Shown one piece after another: positions 27,286 through 39,606 of a DNA stretch of 64,000 bases. Below the pieces are notes generated by a model. That model saw only the letters and a program-made list of their open reading frames with translations. It was not told the origin of the DNA and did no database searches. This stretch comes from Podarcis cretensis. Its lineage: Eukaryota. Within the stretch, counting starts at the first letter, position 1. Each line of letters begins with the position of its first letter. The translations under genes were made by a program, and so were the position numbers. The DNA lies in assembly GCA_951804945.1 (NCBI GenBank), contig OX638163.1, positions 21,204,001 through 21,268,000 on the forward strand, given 5' to 3'.

Positions 27286-27943
27286 TAGGAAGCAGAGCTG
27301 AAAGTACAGAAACCGGGGGAGAGGAAATAGTATCTATAGAGCCCATGTCCCCACAGTGTTTTTATTTATTCATTTCATTTCATTCATGGAGTATGGCTCC
27401 GTAGACTGATGTGCAAGTAAGGTGTGTCTGTTTCAAGGGCCGAAGCATATTCTGATGGAAGCCACTGAGGTCACCTGAGCCTCAGACGACAGCAAAGGAT
27501 GCAGAAGCTGTGTACCCACTCCTTTAGAAGAGAGTGTTGTTTTCCTCTGCTTTTAAAAATGTTTTTAATTTTTTTTGCCCCTTTTGTTCTTATTTACTTT
27601 AATTCACTGTTCTATTCTTAGTAAAACATATTTAAAAAGAAGAAAGAAAGAAAAAGAAAAAAGAGCGGTCAACCTCCAGGATCTCATTATTATGAACCTG
27701 GCTTCTAATAAAAGTTTGTGTGCTTTTTCATACAACCACAAGGGCTAGAATTTCTAAATTTCTCAATAAAACTCAATCCGGCAGCCACCCAAACCTTGCG
27801 TTGTGTGGCAACATGGGATTCTTTCGATACAGGAGTTTGGCTAGCATTTGGATGAGGTTGAGGTCCACTGGTTACACGCAGGAGCTCCGCTGCAATGGGT
27901 TCTGTTGGGTAGGGATCCTGCTAACACGCTGCCCAGCTACTAG

Positions 27944-28084
<141 letters not shown>

Positions 28085-28962
28085 TAAACTGCAGCTTGAT
28101 CATTTTTCTTGTGCTGTTCTTTCGTATCAGTTTTTAAATACATAATTAATTAGGATAGGAAACGTTTCTTCTCTTCACACACCCACACCCTTTTTCCTGC
28201 AGTCAAAACTGATAATGCTGCACAATCCATAGGATTGCAGAAAACCCTTTTTGTGGGAATGATACTTAACACAAGCAGGCTTAGTAGTACAACACCAGAG
28301 GAGGAGATTCTGGCTAGCCAGGTGGCTCCTCCACTCCCAGGATTGGATAACTTGGTCCATGGAAGAGGAGCATAACTTCTTTGACATGTGTGCACATACC
28401 CAACTCCCCTCCCTCCCATAAAGTTTCTATACTAAATTGTAAAAACAAACAAATCTCAAACCAGTTTACAAAAAGAACAAAAAACAATAAGATTGTCAGT
28501 TAAAAACAGGTGTTCAAACCATTTAAAAACACAATTAAAATAAATGATAAGCCAGTTTAAATCACATTTCAGCATTCTGCATATCTGGATAGGCTTGCCT
28601 AAACAAAAATATTTTAGCAGGTGCTAAAAAAATACAAAAATGCACCCGCCTGATGTCAAGAGGCAGGGAGTTCCAAAGTGTGAGTTTTTACAAATGTGGA
28701 ACAAATGCTATGTTGCAACTATAACAGTGTAAAAGCTAGATATTTCTTGGTTCCTCCTTCCATGTAAACACCTTTTGTGTCCAGCATCAAACTGAATTGC
28801 TTTGAACTACGTCTGAACACTGCCCAGCAAGTCTCCTCTTGGAATGTGATTTTTTTAGTATTAAAAAATGCTTCATTTTCAAGAACCTTTATCTTTTCTC
28901 TGGCTCTTCTTTCTCGTGCCCCTGATTAGAAACCCCATTGAGCTTCAGACATGTCTTGCCAA

Positions 28963-29450
28963 TTATATTTATACCAGCGTTAATTAAATTCAGCCACCTT
29001 CACATTATGTATAAATTTGTAACATGTGAAATTTAAGCGTTAGTTGATGAATGCTTATATTAATTTAAAATGATAATCTGATTATTCCTGTTCCTATTTG
29101 TTCTCTCATCTATTTATTTATCTCTTATCTTTTTGGCTTATTAATAATCAGTTCTTTAACATACAATTGTTGCTTTAATATTCCTTTTTCCTAGGAATTA
29201 AGTGGTTGGTTGTTGTTGTTTTACGATTTTCATACACATATTAATAAACTGATATTTTGTAGTTATTTATCTCTGTGGATTAATAAAGGACATTGAGAGT
29301 AGTTAACATACCATTTCAGGATCAAGAACGTTTATGTTATTTGGAAGGGGGATTGAATTTCTGTTTCCACATTGGTTAGATTTTTCTTGTTTGTAGTGAT
29401 AAAATTGTAACTTTTATATTTACAAAACAATAAAAATTATTTAAAGAAAA
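28963..29450 (+). mobile_element. AT-rich retrotransposed insert (L1-like 3' end)
   Basis: 10-bp TSD GTCTTGCCAA (28953-28962 and 29451-29460); AATAAA plus A-rich tail. Confidence 0.6.
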
Positions 29451-29597
29451 GTCTTGCCAACCTGGTGCCCTCCTGATGGTTTCTTGGACCTCAAGTCCCA
29501 TCAACACCAGGACAAATTATCTGGGGTCTTCTTGAGTGTAGCAGGACATCCCTCAGCTCAATTGCGAGAGCCCATGCACTGTCAAGCATCCTATTGA

Positions 29598-29996
<399 letters not shown>

Positions 29997-30607
29997 TGAG
30001 CAGTCCAGTTGACCAAAGATCAAATCCTGCCTTGGAGGACCGGCCCTATCCATGGGTAGAATTTAATTTTGACATCGGGGGCATGTGTTTTTAGAACTTG
30101 TCCCCATGGAAGTGACGGAGAGTCAACTCAAACTGCCATCTTGGTATGATGATGTCACCACCACCACCCCTTGATTTATCACTGTATTCAACCTATCACT
30201 GGAATTTTCTCTCTCTGGTGCCAATATGTTGACACCAGGCTCAAATACTACACACCTGCAGCAGGGGGTGGGGTGGACACATCTTCCTGCTTTGGGCAGT
30301 GAGGAACACGACAGCCATCAGTGAAACACATACACAGCAGCACAAACACATCTTTTCCCACTCTGTACCTCTGGCTGTGCCATTATAATCACTTGCCTAA
30401 GGTTGTACTGTTGGAAGTGTGTGTTTGTGTTGTGACCCTCTGGAATGCATACTTAAGTAAGGCTTTTGGCTCTTTTTTATTATTAAAAAACTCTACATTG
30501 CCTTAACAGACTGGGTGCTGTGGGATGCTCCCAGGGAGCAGAATATAAGACGAAGCTGGCAAAATGCATCTGGTGTGCAACTGCCTTGTCCTTTTTCTCC
30601 CCTTCAG

Positions 30608-30844
30608 GTGTTCTCTTGGGAACAGAATGCCGCTCCGAATCCATTCCTTCCACTCCTTCTCCCATCCTCCCCTCCCCTCCCCTGCTGTTTGCGCACTCCA
30701 AGACTGGCAGCCGAGACTGTAGCACTCAGACAGACCGGGGAAGTGAGCAAAGCAAGGTCTCCGCCTCCTCTTCCTCCTCTGCCTTGCCTCCTGTGCAGGG
30801 GAGGCTCCCTGCTATGAATCTGACCTACACTTCGGACAAAGCAG
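30608..30844 (+). CDS. AMOT: Angiomotin penultimate coding exon (short, no Ala-rich tract)
   Basis: cttcag| [19 protein letters not shown]...[17 protein letters not shown]...LTYTSDKA |gtaatg; 237 nt. Confidence 0.94.
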
Positions 30845-31185
30845 GTAATGAGGACTTTCCCCTTGGCTGAGCCAGGACTTAAGAATAATGAACAACAATG
30901 ATTTAAAAGCTTTCAGTGAGTTAAAGTGACATTCTGCCCAGGGGCCATACTGGCTGGGGATGATGGGAGTTGCCGTCTAAAATATTTGGAGGGCATCAGG
31001 TTGGGGAACAGCTGATCTCACCAATTAAATCTCTTAAAGATTGCGGCCCTAGATGGAAGGCATTTTACTAAATGGAAACAAGAGCTGGAAAAGTATATAG
31101 TTGTCAATTGGCTACCACCCCTAGAAACTTACCGTCACACACCCACCGTCACCTTTTAAACCTATTTCCTTCTCTTGCTTTATAG

Positions 31186-31286
31186 ATACACCAGTTTTCC
31201 ATTCCAACACTCTAGAAAGGAAGAACCCAGCTCAGAATTTGGGGCAGGACCTCAACGATGCGGAAATGGTGGAGTATCTCATCTGA
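31186..31286 (+). CDS. AMOT: Angiomotin last coding exon with C-terminal PDZ-binding motif EYLI
   Basis: ttatag| [33 protein letters not shown]; TGA at 31284-31286. Confidence 0.96.
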
Positions 31287-33590
31287 AGAAATCGAAAGCT
31301 GAAGCAGACTAGCAAGAAGTGTCTCCGTACCCCTCCCCCTGTGAAACCTTTTTTTTTTTTTTTAAGCAGATCATAGTAAAGGAAGCCAGAGCTTTCTGCT
31401 GTTTTGTATATATATATATTTTCTCAAAGGTATGGGCAGGTTAACTTATATTTTGTTCCAAAATTATTAAAGTAGTTCTGGTGTGTTTTTTTTTAAAGAA
31501 GGTTCTTTCCCATACCTTCTTTCTGTTTCTTTAAAAATACTGGATCTGATAGCATCTGGATAAAAATTAAATCAAGCTCCTAAATGCACTAAATTTTTGA
31601 AATGTCAGTATTTTTTTTGTTATTAAAAAACAACAACCCTGTGTTGTAAGGAAAGTAAGGACTTTATTTAGATGTTGACGTCCATAATGCCTTTTTACAA
31701 AGCCTGTTACTTCCCAGGTTTCTCTTTTTGCCAGATGATTACTTGGTGCTGTCACTTTTGAGTGTCGTTTAAGTGTCCCAAATATTCAGGGGTCCCTGAG
31801 AACCATTGTACGTATGGGACTCCAAAGAGTGGGACGACATTTTTCCACGTTCCTTGCCCTCCTTATGAGAGTGTCCGTTTTCACAGAACATTCCAGGACT
31901 AGAAAAAAATAAGTTGATTTCCACAATGTGCCTGCACTCGTTTTTTTTTGTTTGTTTTTTTAAAAATACATCTTATTGTTCATATCATTCTGTCCTTTTG
32001 TTAGATACCCCAAGATGTAAGGGGAGTTTTCTGTTTATTTCATATATGTCAAAGGGCTTTCTACCCTTGCAGCAGGATGAGGAATAATGCATCCCATTCA
32101 GGATTTCAGTGAACAAGCTGTGAGCCTTTTCTCCATGTTGTTCTGCTGTTCTGTTCCGTTTAAACTGCAGCCATTCAGCTGGCTTGACTGGAGTTACTGC
32201 TAAACTAAGCAAGTGGCAGGGTGTGTCACCAGACAGAAACTTGATTTTCTGTGTGGCCATGCTGGGGAGTTTTCCCTAAACCATATTTTTGCCTCTTCCA
32301 CATGCCTTCTTCGACTATAATCGATTCATTCCAGAAGTTAGCAGCTTTTTCTCTTAAAATAATTGTATATTTTGATGTAAGAATATAGTGCCTTACTCAA
32401 GATAATAGTTACACTGGGGTCCTTTTCTAAATAAAGTAAAGCAACCCTGCAGGTTGAAAACCTTGCATTTTCCTGAAAACTCTCATTAATCTTCTGCACG
32501 AATTTAGAATTTATAATAGATTTATACCTAAGGTTTCAGGTTTTCATACCCATACATATAGACACACACCTGTAACTTGCATTATTTTGTTTCTTGGGAG
32601 CTGCCATAAATATTGCAGCACTAGGTAGCAAACATTGCAGGGATCGATTTCAAACATGCATTTAAAAGTTTGAAAAATGAATGTGTTTCTGTCGTACATG
32701 TTTTTAACAACTGCCAGCACAGATCCCAAAGTTACATATATTAGAGAAATGAGCAAAAGTGGAGGAGTAACTAGATTATGTCATTCAGAGGCAACAGAAG
32801 GAACCCTTGAACAAAATGTAAACTGTGAGTTAAGTTGGAAGTTGACACTACTTAGAAGAAGTTATGCTGCGCAACGCTCCTTCTTCTGCTTCTCTTTTCC
32901 TCTGTAAAATTTATTGGTACTGGACATGAGGCAAGACAATATAAAACTGATAACCTTTGTGCTTGAACCAAACGTTAGACTAAGAGTTTTAACACAAACT
33001 CGGGTAATAGAAGCTATGCTGTAGATGAGTCTTCCCCAGCTGGGAACACCACATCTCCCATCTTCCCCAGCCTTCATGGCCAGTGGGGAGGGGGGACAGT
33101 AGTAGTTCTAAACATCTTGAAGGCACCAGCGGGGAAGACTATGTGTAGATTGTATAGAGGAAGGCTTTGTAGTTTTTCTTACGTGTTGCAGGGGGGTTGG
33201 ACTAGATGACCCTTACGGTCACGTCCAATCCTGTGATTCTGAAAGCAAACCAACAGGTGTTGCATTCCCCCAACCCTGTCACAACACTCTAGGGGTCTTT
33301 CCTGCAACTTCTTCCCACTGGGAACAGACCCATTAGACCAGATGATTCAGGAACTGGTTCTAGGGGTGATGCCAACATCTTGTGTCTCCAGTCTGTTGGA
33401 AGGAGGGAATTTGCAGAGCTCTGAACATGTTGAATGTCTTCGCTTGGTGCCTCTATATATATATTTCTTCTCCTGCACCAGTATAGGAACGTGTGTATTA
33501 TTATTTTTTATGTCTAGACTGTAAACCTCATGACAAAGTGTACCTGTACTGTATTTATGGAGAAAATAAAATTGTTTCTGCAAATATGTT
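31287..33590 (+). other. AMOT: AMOT 3'UTR (putative, about 2.3 kb)
   Basis: U-rich sequence after the stop, with miRNA seed and Pumilio motifs; AATAAA at 33565-33570 followed by T/GT-rich sequence; a further AATAAA at 32429-32434. Confidence 0.6.
33565..33570 (+). terminator. Putative polyadenylation signal of AMOT
   Basis: AATAAA preceded by TGTA elements and followed by a T/GT-rich stretch. Confidence 0.55.
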
Positions 33591-33657
33591 TGCTTCAAAC
33601 TGTTTTTATCGCTTCTACTTTTTCAGTATCCACATCAGTGTTTAGATGGTGGAAACA

Positions 33658-33878
33658 CAGTGGTACCTCTGGGTACATACTTAATTCATTCTGGAGGTCC
33701 TTTCTTAACATGAAACTGTTCTTAACCTGAAGCACCACTTTAGCTAATGGAGCCTCCTGCTGCTGCTGCCGCCACATGATTTCTGTTCTCATCCTAAAGC
33801 AAAGTTCTTAACCTGAGGTACTAGTTCTGGGTTAGCGGAGTCTGTAACCTGAAGCGTATGTAACCCGAGGTACCACTG
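33658..33878. mobile_element. Tigger-like MITE
   Basis: CAGTGGTACCTC ... GAGGTACCACTG; same family as the 43611 and 58343 copies. Confidence 0.85.
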
Positions 33879-33945
33879 CATTTGCAACAGGGGTGGCTAA
33901 CTTGAGGCTCTCGGGATTTGAACAGAGGACTGCAAGGGGCTAGTC

Positions 33946-34067
33946 CAGTGTTTCCCAAACTTTTTGGACTACAACTGTCATCATCCCAAGCTAGCAGGAC
34001 CAGGAGTCAGGGATGATGGGAATTGTAATCCAAAAACCAGCTGGAGACCCAGGTTTAGGAAACACTG
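33946..34067. mobile_element. hAT MITE
   Basis: CAGTGTTTCCCAAAC / GTTTAGGAAACACTG; TSD GGCTAGTC/GCCTAGTC. Confidence 0.8.
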
Positions 34068-35559
34068 GCCTAGTCCAGTGTTCTAACCCAGGGGTAGGCC
34101 ATGTGGTGGCCTGCAGATGTTTTGACTACACCTAACATATAGAGGGGCCATTACTGCTCTCACCACTACACCACAGTGGTTCTTAACTCCAGTTGTTGTA
34201 CTCCAGCTCCCAGCCGCCATGCCCATTGGTCTGCCCAACATCTCTGCAAAGGTTAGTCACATACTGAGAAAGGTAACACAACAAATCTCAGAGTGTTCTC
34301 AGGGATCAATGCAAAAGGTCCACTCTGCCCCCCCCCCCAGCAGGCATTGTTGTTTGTGTTTTTCCTGACAGGGCTGTTCTGCCTTTAGTAGTGCCCTGCC
34401 CAAATTGTGTCAGATGAAACTTTCGCCTCTTCATGCATTTTAGTCTCAGGAAATCTCGCCTTTTTAATTTCTAGCTATTTGCCTAAAATCAAAGGAGAAA
34501 AAACGTTCGCAAGCCTAACCACTGACACAGAAAATTGGCAGTGGGGTGACCACCACCCCTCTTGTGTTGATTAACGGTGGCCAACAGAGCAAGGCGCTTA
34601 ACTGCTAGAAATTGGTCACCTTTTATGTTGCCTGGTTGATTCTTACCCGCTTCGACTTCACTCTTGTGGCCTGACTTGGGTAAGTTGGCAACCTAGAATG
34701 CCCAGGTTGCTGCTCACCCCAGTCCAATAATCTCTCCCATTTTGCTGGCAGAGCAAGCGGGGCTTAAGCTCTGCCCTACAGCAGGTCAGGATAAACAATT
34801 ATTTATCTTTCGTTTCATTAATTTTTTTTACACCATTTGATTGTAAGGGGGAGGGGAAGCCCTCAAATCCGTTTACAAAAAAAGATAAAATAATAAACTT
34901 TATCAACAGGAAGAACCAGTGCTATTTTCCTAGAAAAGAGGTGCTGGAACTCACCATGAACACCTCGCTTGTTCTCTTATAATGGCAATGGTGCCTGCCT
35001 GATTTGAGCTCTGGCTGGTGGGGAAACCCGGGGAATAATGAATAACAATGTAAGACTTTCAAAAAGTTAAAATAATAATAGACTAAAAACAGATTAAAGC
35101 TTGCACCAACTTTCTAAGCTTGTCTAAAAAATGTTTTTAGCAGACGTCAAAAGGAATACAGTGAAGCCTGATGTCAACAGGCAGGGAGTTCCAAAGTGTA
35201 GGGGCTGCCACACGAAAGGACTTGAGTTCCTACAAATGTGGAATGGGTGCTATGGTACCTATAGTAGCTGCGGAAGTGGGCAAGAGCAAACAACAATTTT
35301 TAGCCATTTAAATTATAAGAACAGAATTTCGCTGACTTACAAATGCACCAACCTCCTGCCAGCTGATGTATTTGTTTGTCATTAGAGAATGTCTAAATCA
35401 GCTTTTCATTATGTGGTGCCTTCTAGATGATTGGACTACAACTTCCATCAATCACTAAATCACCACAGCTAGATAGTCAAGGGTGATGGGAATTGTTGTT
35501 CAAATAATTGGCGACATGCCAGGATTTCTGGAAGGCTGGTCTCAATAGTAGCTTTGTAG

Positions 35560-35787
35560 AGGGATGCGGGTGGCGCTGTGGTCTAAACCACTGAGCTTCT
35601 TGGGCTTGCCGATCAGAAGGTCGGCAGTTCGAATCCCCGCAACAGTAAGTACCACTCCAACGGGAAGGTAAACAGCTTAGTCATGCTGGCCACATGACCC
35701 GGAAAAACGCCAGCTCCCTTGGCCTGTAAAGTGAGATGAGCGCCACAAACCCAGAGTCTGACTGGACTTAATTGTCAGGGGTCCTTT
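35560..35787 (+). mobile_element. Sauria/Squam1 SINE, internally deleted
   Basis: GGGATGCGGGTGGCGCTGTGG head and GGGGTCCTTT end, with central deletions relative to the 44303 copy. Confidence 0.85.
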
Positions 35788-37877
35788 GCTAGAGCACTTT
35801 AGCTGTGCAAGTGGCACAATAGAAGAGCTAACTTCCTTTTCCTCGCTGACATGGGCTAAAGAGAGACCCCACAGCTCACCTTGCCTCTACATCTCTTTGG
35901 CTGCGGGGATGATCACTACACAAAGCATTTTGCATTGGAATGGGGGCAAAATGAACATGCACACAGCAGAAATAGTTATAACGGAGCAGGCTGACCCAAT
36001 GTGTGGTTTACCGAAATAAGCTCTAGCCCCCAAGATGACAGTGGACCTTCAACTTTTGCAGCTCCTGCAAAAACAGGCCGTCAAGATGTAGGGCAGGTGA
36101 GTCCCACACAGCTTTGTGGCTCACATACTGCCCTGGGCCAAAGCTCTGAAACAGGATCCCTTTTCCTCTCAAGGATGCAGCTGCTGCTTAGGGAAATGTT
36201 TGCTGACTCCTTTTTGGCAGAGATGAGAAACCTAAATCTAAATCTTTCCTGAAACATTCATGGGGCAACCAAAACATCCTGTGCATTAGATTCCATCTTG
36301 CAGCTAGAGGAAAGTCCACCACCACAATACTGATGATAAGAAGAAACATAACTTTGGGGTGGAATAACATTCTGTACACATCTGTCATTGAAATTCTCTG
36401 CAATAAAACATGAGCCATGAAAGGATTTTGGCTGTTTAAAAAGGTAAGCTACTTTAAAAGTCAAGGCAATTTCTAGTGCCTTGTCTTATCCATGTAAACC
36501 TATTTTAAAATTGAACTTGGCTATGATGGAAGCTGCTGTATAGTGAATCAGAGGTTCATCTATCTCAGTATTGTCTACACTGACTGGCAGCTGCTATTTT
36601 CCACAGTCTGAAGTCTTGCCCAGCCTCATGGAGATTGAACCACTAAGCTTTCAGCCACATGTATTTATCTGTGATGTATGAACATACACACCTAACCTTT
36701 CTACAAAAGTACACAAAGGCACCAAACTGACACACAGTACAAAGCAAGATAAAAGCACAACTAAAGACAGGGCAAAATGCAGCCTAAAAACAAAACTCCC
36801 AGCAGTGAAGAGCAGCAGGGTTTTGTTGTTGTTGTTGTTGTTGTTTTAAAGCAGATTGCACAACACATTTATGGGACATCCTCTTTGGGCCCTGGGAAAG
36901 TCCTCCTCACAAGCCAGAAGAACTTTCCAGGGTGCTCCCCATTTCCAGGTTCACTTCCAGGCTCCCAGCACCACTTGTGTGCATGGTCATGCACAAATAG
37001 AGCATGCATAAATGGGGAGTTGCCTGTATATAAAACGGAGAATTATTGGGTGCCAAGATCCAAGTTTGGGGCAAGTATTTTTTGGTGTGAGAACTACAGA
37101 GATTTAAAGTAAAAAAATATGCAGTATAGTAAGGAAATATAGGATGTTAGACCTTTAAAATATCCCCTTGTGAGTTCCAAGGTTCCCCTCTTCCCCTAGC
37201 AAAGAAAATTACCACAAGTTTTGTAAGTTAAAAATAGTTTACTTACAAACTCTCCAAAGGTAAGATTTGTGTGCTTTTCCATACAGCATTCAGAAAAAGT
37301 TGCATAGGCAGTGAAACTAGACTTAGTTCCAAAATAGTAACGTTCCTAAATAATCAATATAGGAATTCAAGAGTGGCTTGTGAGAGCCATGAACCTAAGC
37401 TGGAACAACCATTTCCATTAATCAAAATCCATTAGAACTATTTTGTTTAAGTAATTCTAAACAATTGACGAACATGATCCAGTGATACCAGCTTTTTAAA
37501 ATCTTTCGACCTTTTAAGAGTATGATTGCATCTTACACAGGGATTTAGTTCCAAGAGTTCCATATATCCACAAGAACACATACTTGAACAATCCATATGG
37601 GAGCATCTTTACCCTTCTGTAACCTGCATGCTGAGAGGGCCTTTTTGCATTGGGTCTGCTTGGCTTACCAGGTGCAAAATGAGCTTTTGAGCTCTCTGCA
37701 TTGCTTAAGGGGCAGGACCCTCTCAGCATCCCAGCCCTGCAATATCTTGTGAGAGCATCTCAGAGTCCACACACTGAGTGGGCCTTGCCTGGTAAGCAAG
37801 GCAGAGAGCTGAAAAGCTCTTTCCATACCAGATAAACTCTGCACAAAAAGAGCTCATAAGGTAGGGTTGCCATATGC

Positions 37878-38002
37878 TAAAGTTACCAGATTTTTTTCAA
37901 TGAATCCAGGGACACTTTTCAACTCCCTACTAAATAGATGGATTTTGTCAGGGGACTGATCTGGGGACTGTCCCCAGGAAACGGGGACATCTGGTAACCT
38001 TA
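37878..38002. mobile_element. Small hAT MITE
   Basis: TIR TAAAGTTACCAGAT / ATCTGGTAACCTTA; 8-bp TSD CCATATGC/CCATATGT. Confidence 0.75.
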
Positions 38003-38038
38003 CCATATGTCAATATGTCATATCCGGAATACTGCAGT

Positions 38039-39606
38039 TGGCTTACTGCCAAAGAAAAGAGCTGGCTGTAAATTACAAGAATACAAGAAACTGTAGAACC
38101 CATAGATGGTATAATCAGTTGATTGAACAAGTTAAAGTCTTTAAATACTTCAGCCTTATTTTCCAGGCAACAGGGTCATGGGGAGCGCTTCAGAAATATG
38201 CAAAGCAAAAAGCATCCCAAAGTGCCAAAATTCTGACACACCTTTTCCATACAAAAGGTGGCAATCACATACCACATACCATCAGCACTTGAAGCCCTTA
38301 AAACTAAACTCCTAGCAGAGTTATTATATGGGGCTCAGATTTGAACAGGCCCTCACCTTGGTTCTACAGAATGTGCTCAATCTAAATTCCTAAGGCAAAA
38401 AAAAATTCTGTTCCATCCTGTGTTCCAAATGCTTCATTGTGCTTAGAGGGTAACCTCCCCTCTGTTTAATTACAGATTTGGCGTAGTACATTTAATTATT
38501 GGCTTCGCCTAAATTTAAACCCCACTGGTCAACTACCCTTAGTATCACAAGCTTGTCGTGAGAGTGCTTGGACTAAAGTTGTCAACCAAAAGCTTTACTT
38601 TTCTGGTTTATCACCACAACAGTTATTAATACTGGACTTCAGTAAAGCAAATAATTTAATTAGACAGTGCATATATGATATTGAAAGGGACGCGGGTGGC
38701 GCTGTGGGTAAAAGCCTCAGCGCCTAGGGCTTGCCGATCGGAAGGTCGGCGGTTCGAATCCCTGCGGCGGGGTGCGCTCCCGCTGCTCGGTCCCAGCGCC
38801 TGCCAACCTAGCAGTTCGAAAGCACCTCCGGGTGCAAGTAGATAAATAGGGACCGCTTACCAGCGGGAAGGTAAACGGCGTTTCCGTGTGCGGCTCTGGC
38901 TCGCCAGAGCAGCGATGTCACGCTGGCCACGTGACCCGGAAGTGTCTCCGGACAGCGCTGGCCCCTGGCCTCTTGAGTGAGATGGGCGCACAACCCCAGC
39001 GTCTGTCAAGACTGGCCCGTACGGGCAGGGGTACCTTTACCTTTACCTTTATATGATATTGAGTGACAGAATAATCTGGCCACAATAAGGAAATTTTGTC
39101 CATGGTATGATTATTTTCCAATTAGTCATTATGACACTTTGGCACCCTATTTGCAAAATTTAACAATTCCAAAATACAGGTGCGCTTTTCACTTTCACAA
39201 GATTGTACTTGAGGATCGATTTCAAAAAATTCCACTGGAAAAATGGTTATGTCCCTGTGGAGATGGCAGTATTGAGTCAGTGGCTCATGTGCTTCTGACT
39301 TGCACTCTTTATAAAGATTTGAGGAGTGAGGTTATTACCCCTCTATTATTGTTCTTGCCAGGTCGCTCAACCACTGCTACTGTGTTCTTTCTTTTAGCAG
39401 ATCAAGATGCAGATCAAGATGAGCAGGCGACAGCAAAAACGGCAAGGTTTTTAGCAGGGGCAAATAGAATAAGATCTGCTATTTGATTATTGATGTAAAC
39501 CCCCAAAATGTATTTTCTATAGTTAAGTTTTAACCTGTATCTTCAGTACATTTTATTCAGTTTTATTGCTATGGCTAGTGGCTGATGCAAATAAAGATTC
39601 TTCTTC
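38039..39606 (+). mobile_element. 5'-truncated LINE (RTE-X/L2-like; RT C-terminus plus CCHC Zn knuckle)
   Basis: WLCPCGDGSIESVAHVLLTCTLY zinc knuckle; AATAAA plus (TTC)n tail; 9-bp TSD TACTGCAGT (38030-38038 and 39607-39615). Confidence 0.75.
38685..39049 (+). mobile_element. Sauria/Squam1 SINE, young full-length copy
   Basis: GGGACGCGGGTGGCGCTGTGGG head, B-box GGTTCGAATCC, (ACCTTT)n tail, 13-bp TSD TATATGATATTGA. Confidence 0.92.

Noticed and set aside
39139-39486. 115-aa zinc-finger-like ORF as a host gene
   Set aside because: C-terminus of a truncated LINE ORF bounded by a TSD.
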